Assembly: GCA_021796115.1 (NCBI GenBank) | Contig: JAJYOP010000002.1 | Location: 70,842 to 134,841 of the forward strand | DNA length: 64,000 nt | From: a bacterium | GTDB lineage: Bacteria > Omnitrophota > Gorgyraeia > Duberdicusellales > 4484-171 | Reading direction: 5' to 3' | Part shown: positions 64,000-64,000 of the stretch, one piece after another | Numbering within the stretch: the stretch's first letter is position 1 | Layout of the letters: every line of letters starts with the position of its first letter | Translations under genes and position numbers: made by a program | The notes under the pieces: generated by a model | What the model was told of the DNA's origin: nothing | The model's database searches: none | What the model saw: the letters and a program-made list of their open reading frames with translations, nothing else

Positions 64000-64000
64000 T

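Overview
This is a chromosomal segment from a low-GC, LPS-producing (diderm) bacterium. It looks like an uncultivated lineage; the phylum cannot be assigned from sequence alone. Almost all genes are on the minus strand.

**Core left part (1-29.1 kb)**
- tig, then an LPS and outer-membrane supercluster: lptB, an lptA-like gene, kdsD, kdsA, kdsB, a heptose kinase, lpxI, lpxA, an lpxC-fabZ fusion, lpxD, skp and bamA.
- A plus-strand operon of three radical-SAM enzymes and a GT2 glycosyltransferase sits inside this cluster (8.9-13.2 kb).
- dnaB-rplI-rpsR-ssb-rpsF and pth-rplY-prs-glmU follow.

**Accessory block (about 29.2/31.6-58.9 kb)**
- copA.
- A membrane-anchored P-loop/HTH protein.
- Decayed gene fragments: a restriction-modification (RM) C-terminal fragment and an aroD fragment.
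- A compact exosortase + EpsI cassette flanked by four paralogous small PEP-CTERM proteins, one of them decayed.
- A glycoside hydrolase and an approximately 16 kb Wzx/Wzy-type exopolysaccharide (EPS) locus. The locus carries an embedded AbiE toxin-antitoxin pair, a Walker-A-degenerate tyrosine-kinase domain and an HTH-HD-GYP regulator.
- An IS3 remnant, then an HTH gene plus a large serine recombinase abutting the 3' end of tRNA-Gln(UUG).

**Core right part**
- spoVG, ispE, split transketolase, a TPR protein and a tiny basic protein.

**Why the block looks inserted**
- ispE-spoVG ... glmU-prs-rplY-pth is a widely conserved gene string. The 29-59 kb block therefore looks like an insertion at tRNA-Gln.

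**Best candidates for something undescribed**
1. The tRNA-Gln / serine-recombinase-associated island carrying a self-contained exosortase cassette with a private family of small PEP-CTERM substrates.
2. The leaderless operon of three radical-SAM enzymes plus GT2.
3. Three families of structured intergenic repeats. One of them sits between a 17-bp duplication of the tRNA-Gln 5' end.

**Limits**
- All calls rest on reading the ORF translations and the DNA by eye. No searches or statistics were run.
- Motif coordinates were counted by hand and may be off by a few nucleotides.
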